Shown: piece by piece, positions 63,384 to 64,000 of the stretch
Numbering within the stretch: the first letter of the stretch is position 1
Layout: each line of letters opens with the position of its first letter
From: Podarcis gaigeae
Taxonomy: Eukaryota
DNA length: 64,000 bases
Assembly: GCA_964106915.2 (NCBI GenBank)
Contig: OZ066917.1
Direction: 5' to 3' (one strand)
Program-made: the position numbers and the translations under genes
Notes under the pieces: model-generated
What the model was told of the DNA's origin: nothing
Database searches by the model: none
What the model saw: only the letters and a program-made list of their open reading frames with translations

Positions 63384-64000
63384 TGTAGAGAGAGTGGTCT
63401 GAGGATAAACATGTAATGGCATCAGTGTTTCTGTTCTCTAGCATAGCATTCATGGGGTTCAGTTATTTGCCATAAAATTTTTAGAAAAGATAAGTGCGGT
63501 ATGATTGTCTTGAAGATTTGGGAAATTAAAAAAAACATTTTGCAGATAAATACACCTTAGCTAATGAAAAATGGAGCCTTTCTGTATTCCAAAGGAAAGT
63601 GAAAAAAGCCCATTGGACTATTTTCATGAAACAGATCAGTGGCACCGAAACAGGCAGATTCAAAAGTATATCAGATGGTGGGAGAATGTTGACTTTGGTA
63701 AGTATTCATACACACACTATATTAATAGTTAAAATTTCTAACTCTAAATATGTGGCCACTGCTTCCATTTTATTAATTCAAAAAGACTACACAAGGGTGA
63801 TGTCTTTAAGAATATAGTGTTTGTATGCGTACCCAAAGAGGTGGCCAAACTGATTTTGGGAGCAATCCAATGCAGAAGCAGCTGGCATAAAGCAAGCCAG
63901 TGTAAATGAAGCCAAGATAAAGTTACACCAGATCCAAAACCCATTCAGTAATGGGGCTGCTGCTGCTCTCTCTAAATCTGGCAGAGCAGTGGCCGACCTT

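Noticed and set aside
61400-64000. Divergent neighbouring protein-coding gene upstream of HUNK
   Set aside because: No exon-like ORF with a recognisable protein or convincing splice pattern was found.

Overview
Vertebrate genomic DNA from a squamate reptile. The Sauria SINE, BovB and Penelope repeat variants resemble those I associate with lacertid lizards, but the species assignment is inference. The window holds essentially the whole HUNK gene (hormonally up-regulated Neu-associated kinase, AMPK/SNF1-related family) on the minus strand. Ten coding exons from ATG 60450 to TGA 6706 have canonical GT-AG junctions and consistent phases, and splice to 2100 nt (699 aa plus stop). A counterpart of the short mammalian exon between exons 8 and 10 is uncertain. 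A CpG island covers exon 1 and the promoter. The rest is intronic or intergenic sequence with BovB, L1, L2 and CR1 fragments, SINEs, Tc1/mariner, hAT and Harbinger-type MITEs, LTR-like segments and microsatellites. The most notable non-coding structures are four: (1) a TSD-flanked Penelope-like fold-back element upstream of HUNK, a perfect 76-bp inverted repeat carrying a minimal hammerhead-ribozyme core; (2) a 41-bp fold-back of a tRNA-Asn-derived SINE head in intron 5; (3) a Tc2-type MITE expanded by a GC-rich minisatellite made of palindromes; (4) an internal hairpin in that MITE family showing compensatory base-pair changes between its two copies. I found no second protein-coding gene. Nearly all other ORF-track entries are spurious or repeat-derived.
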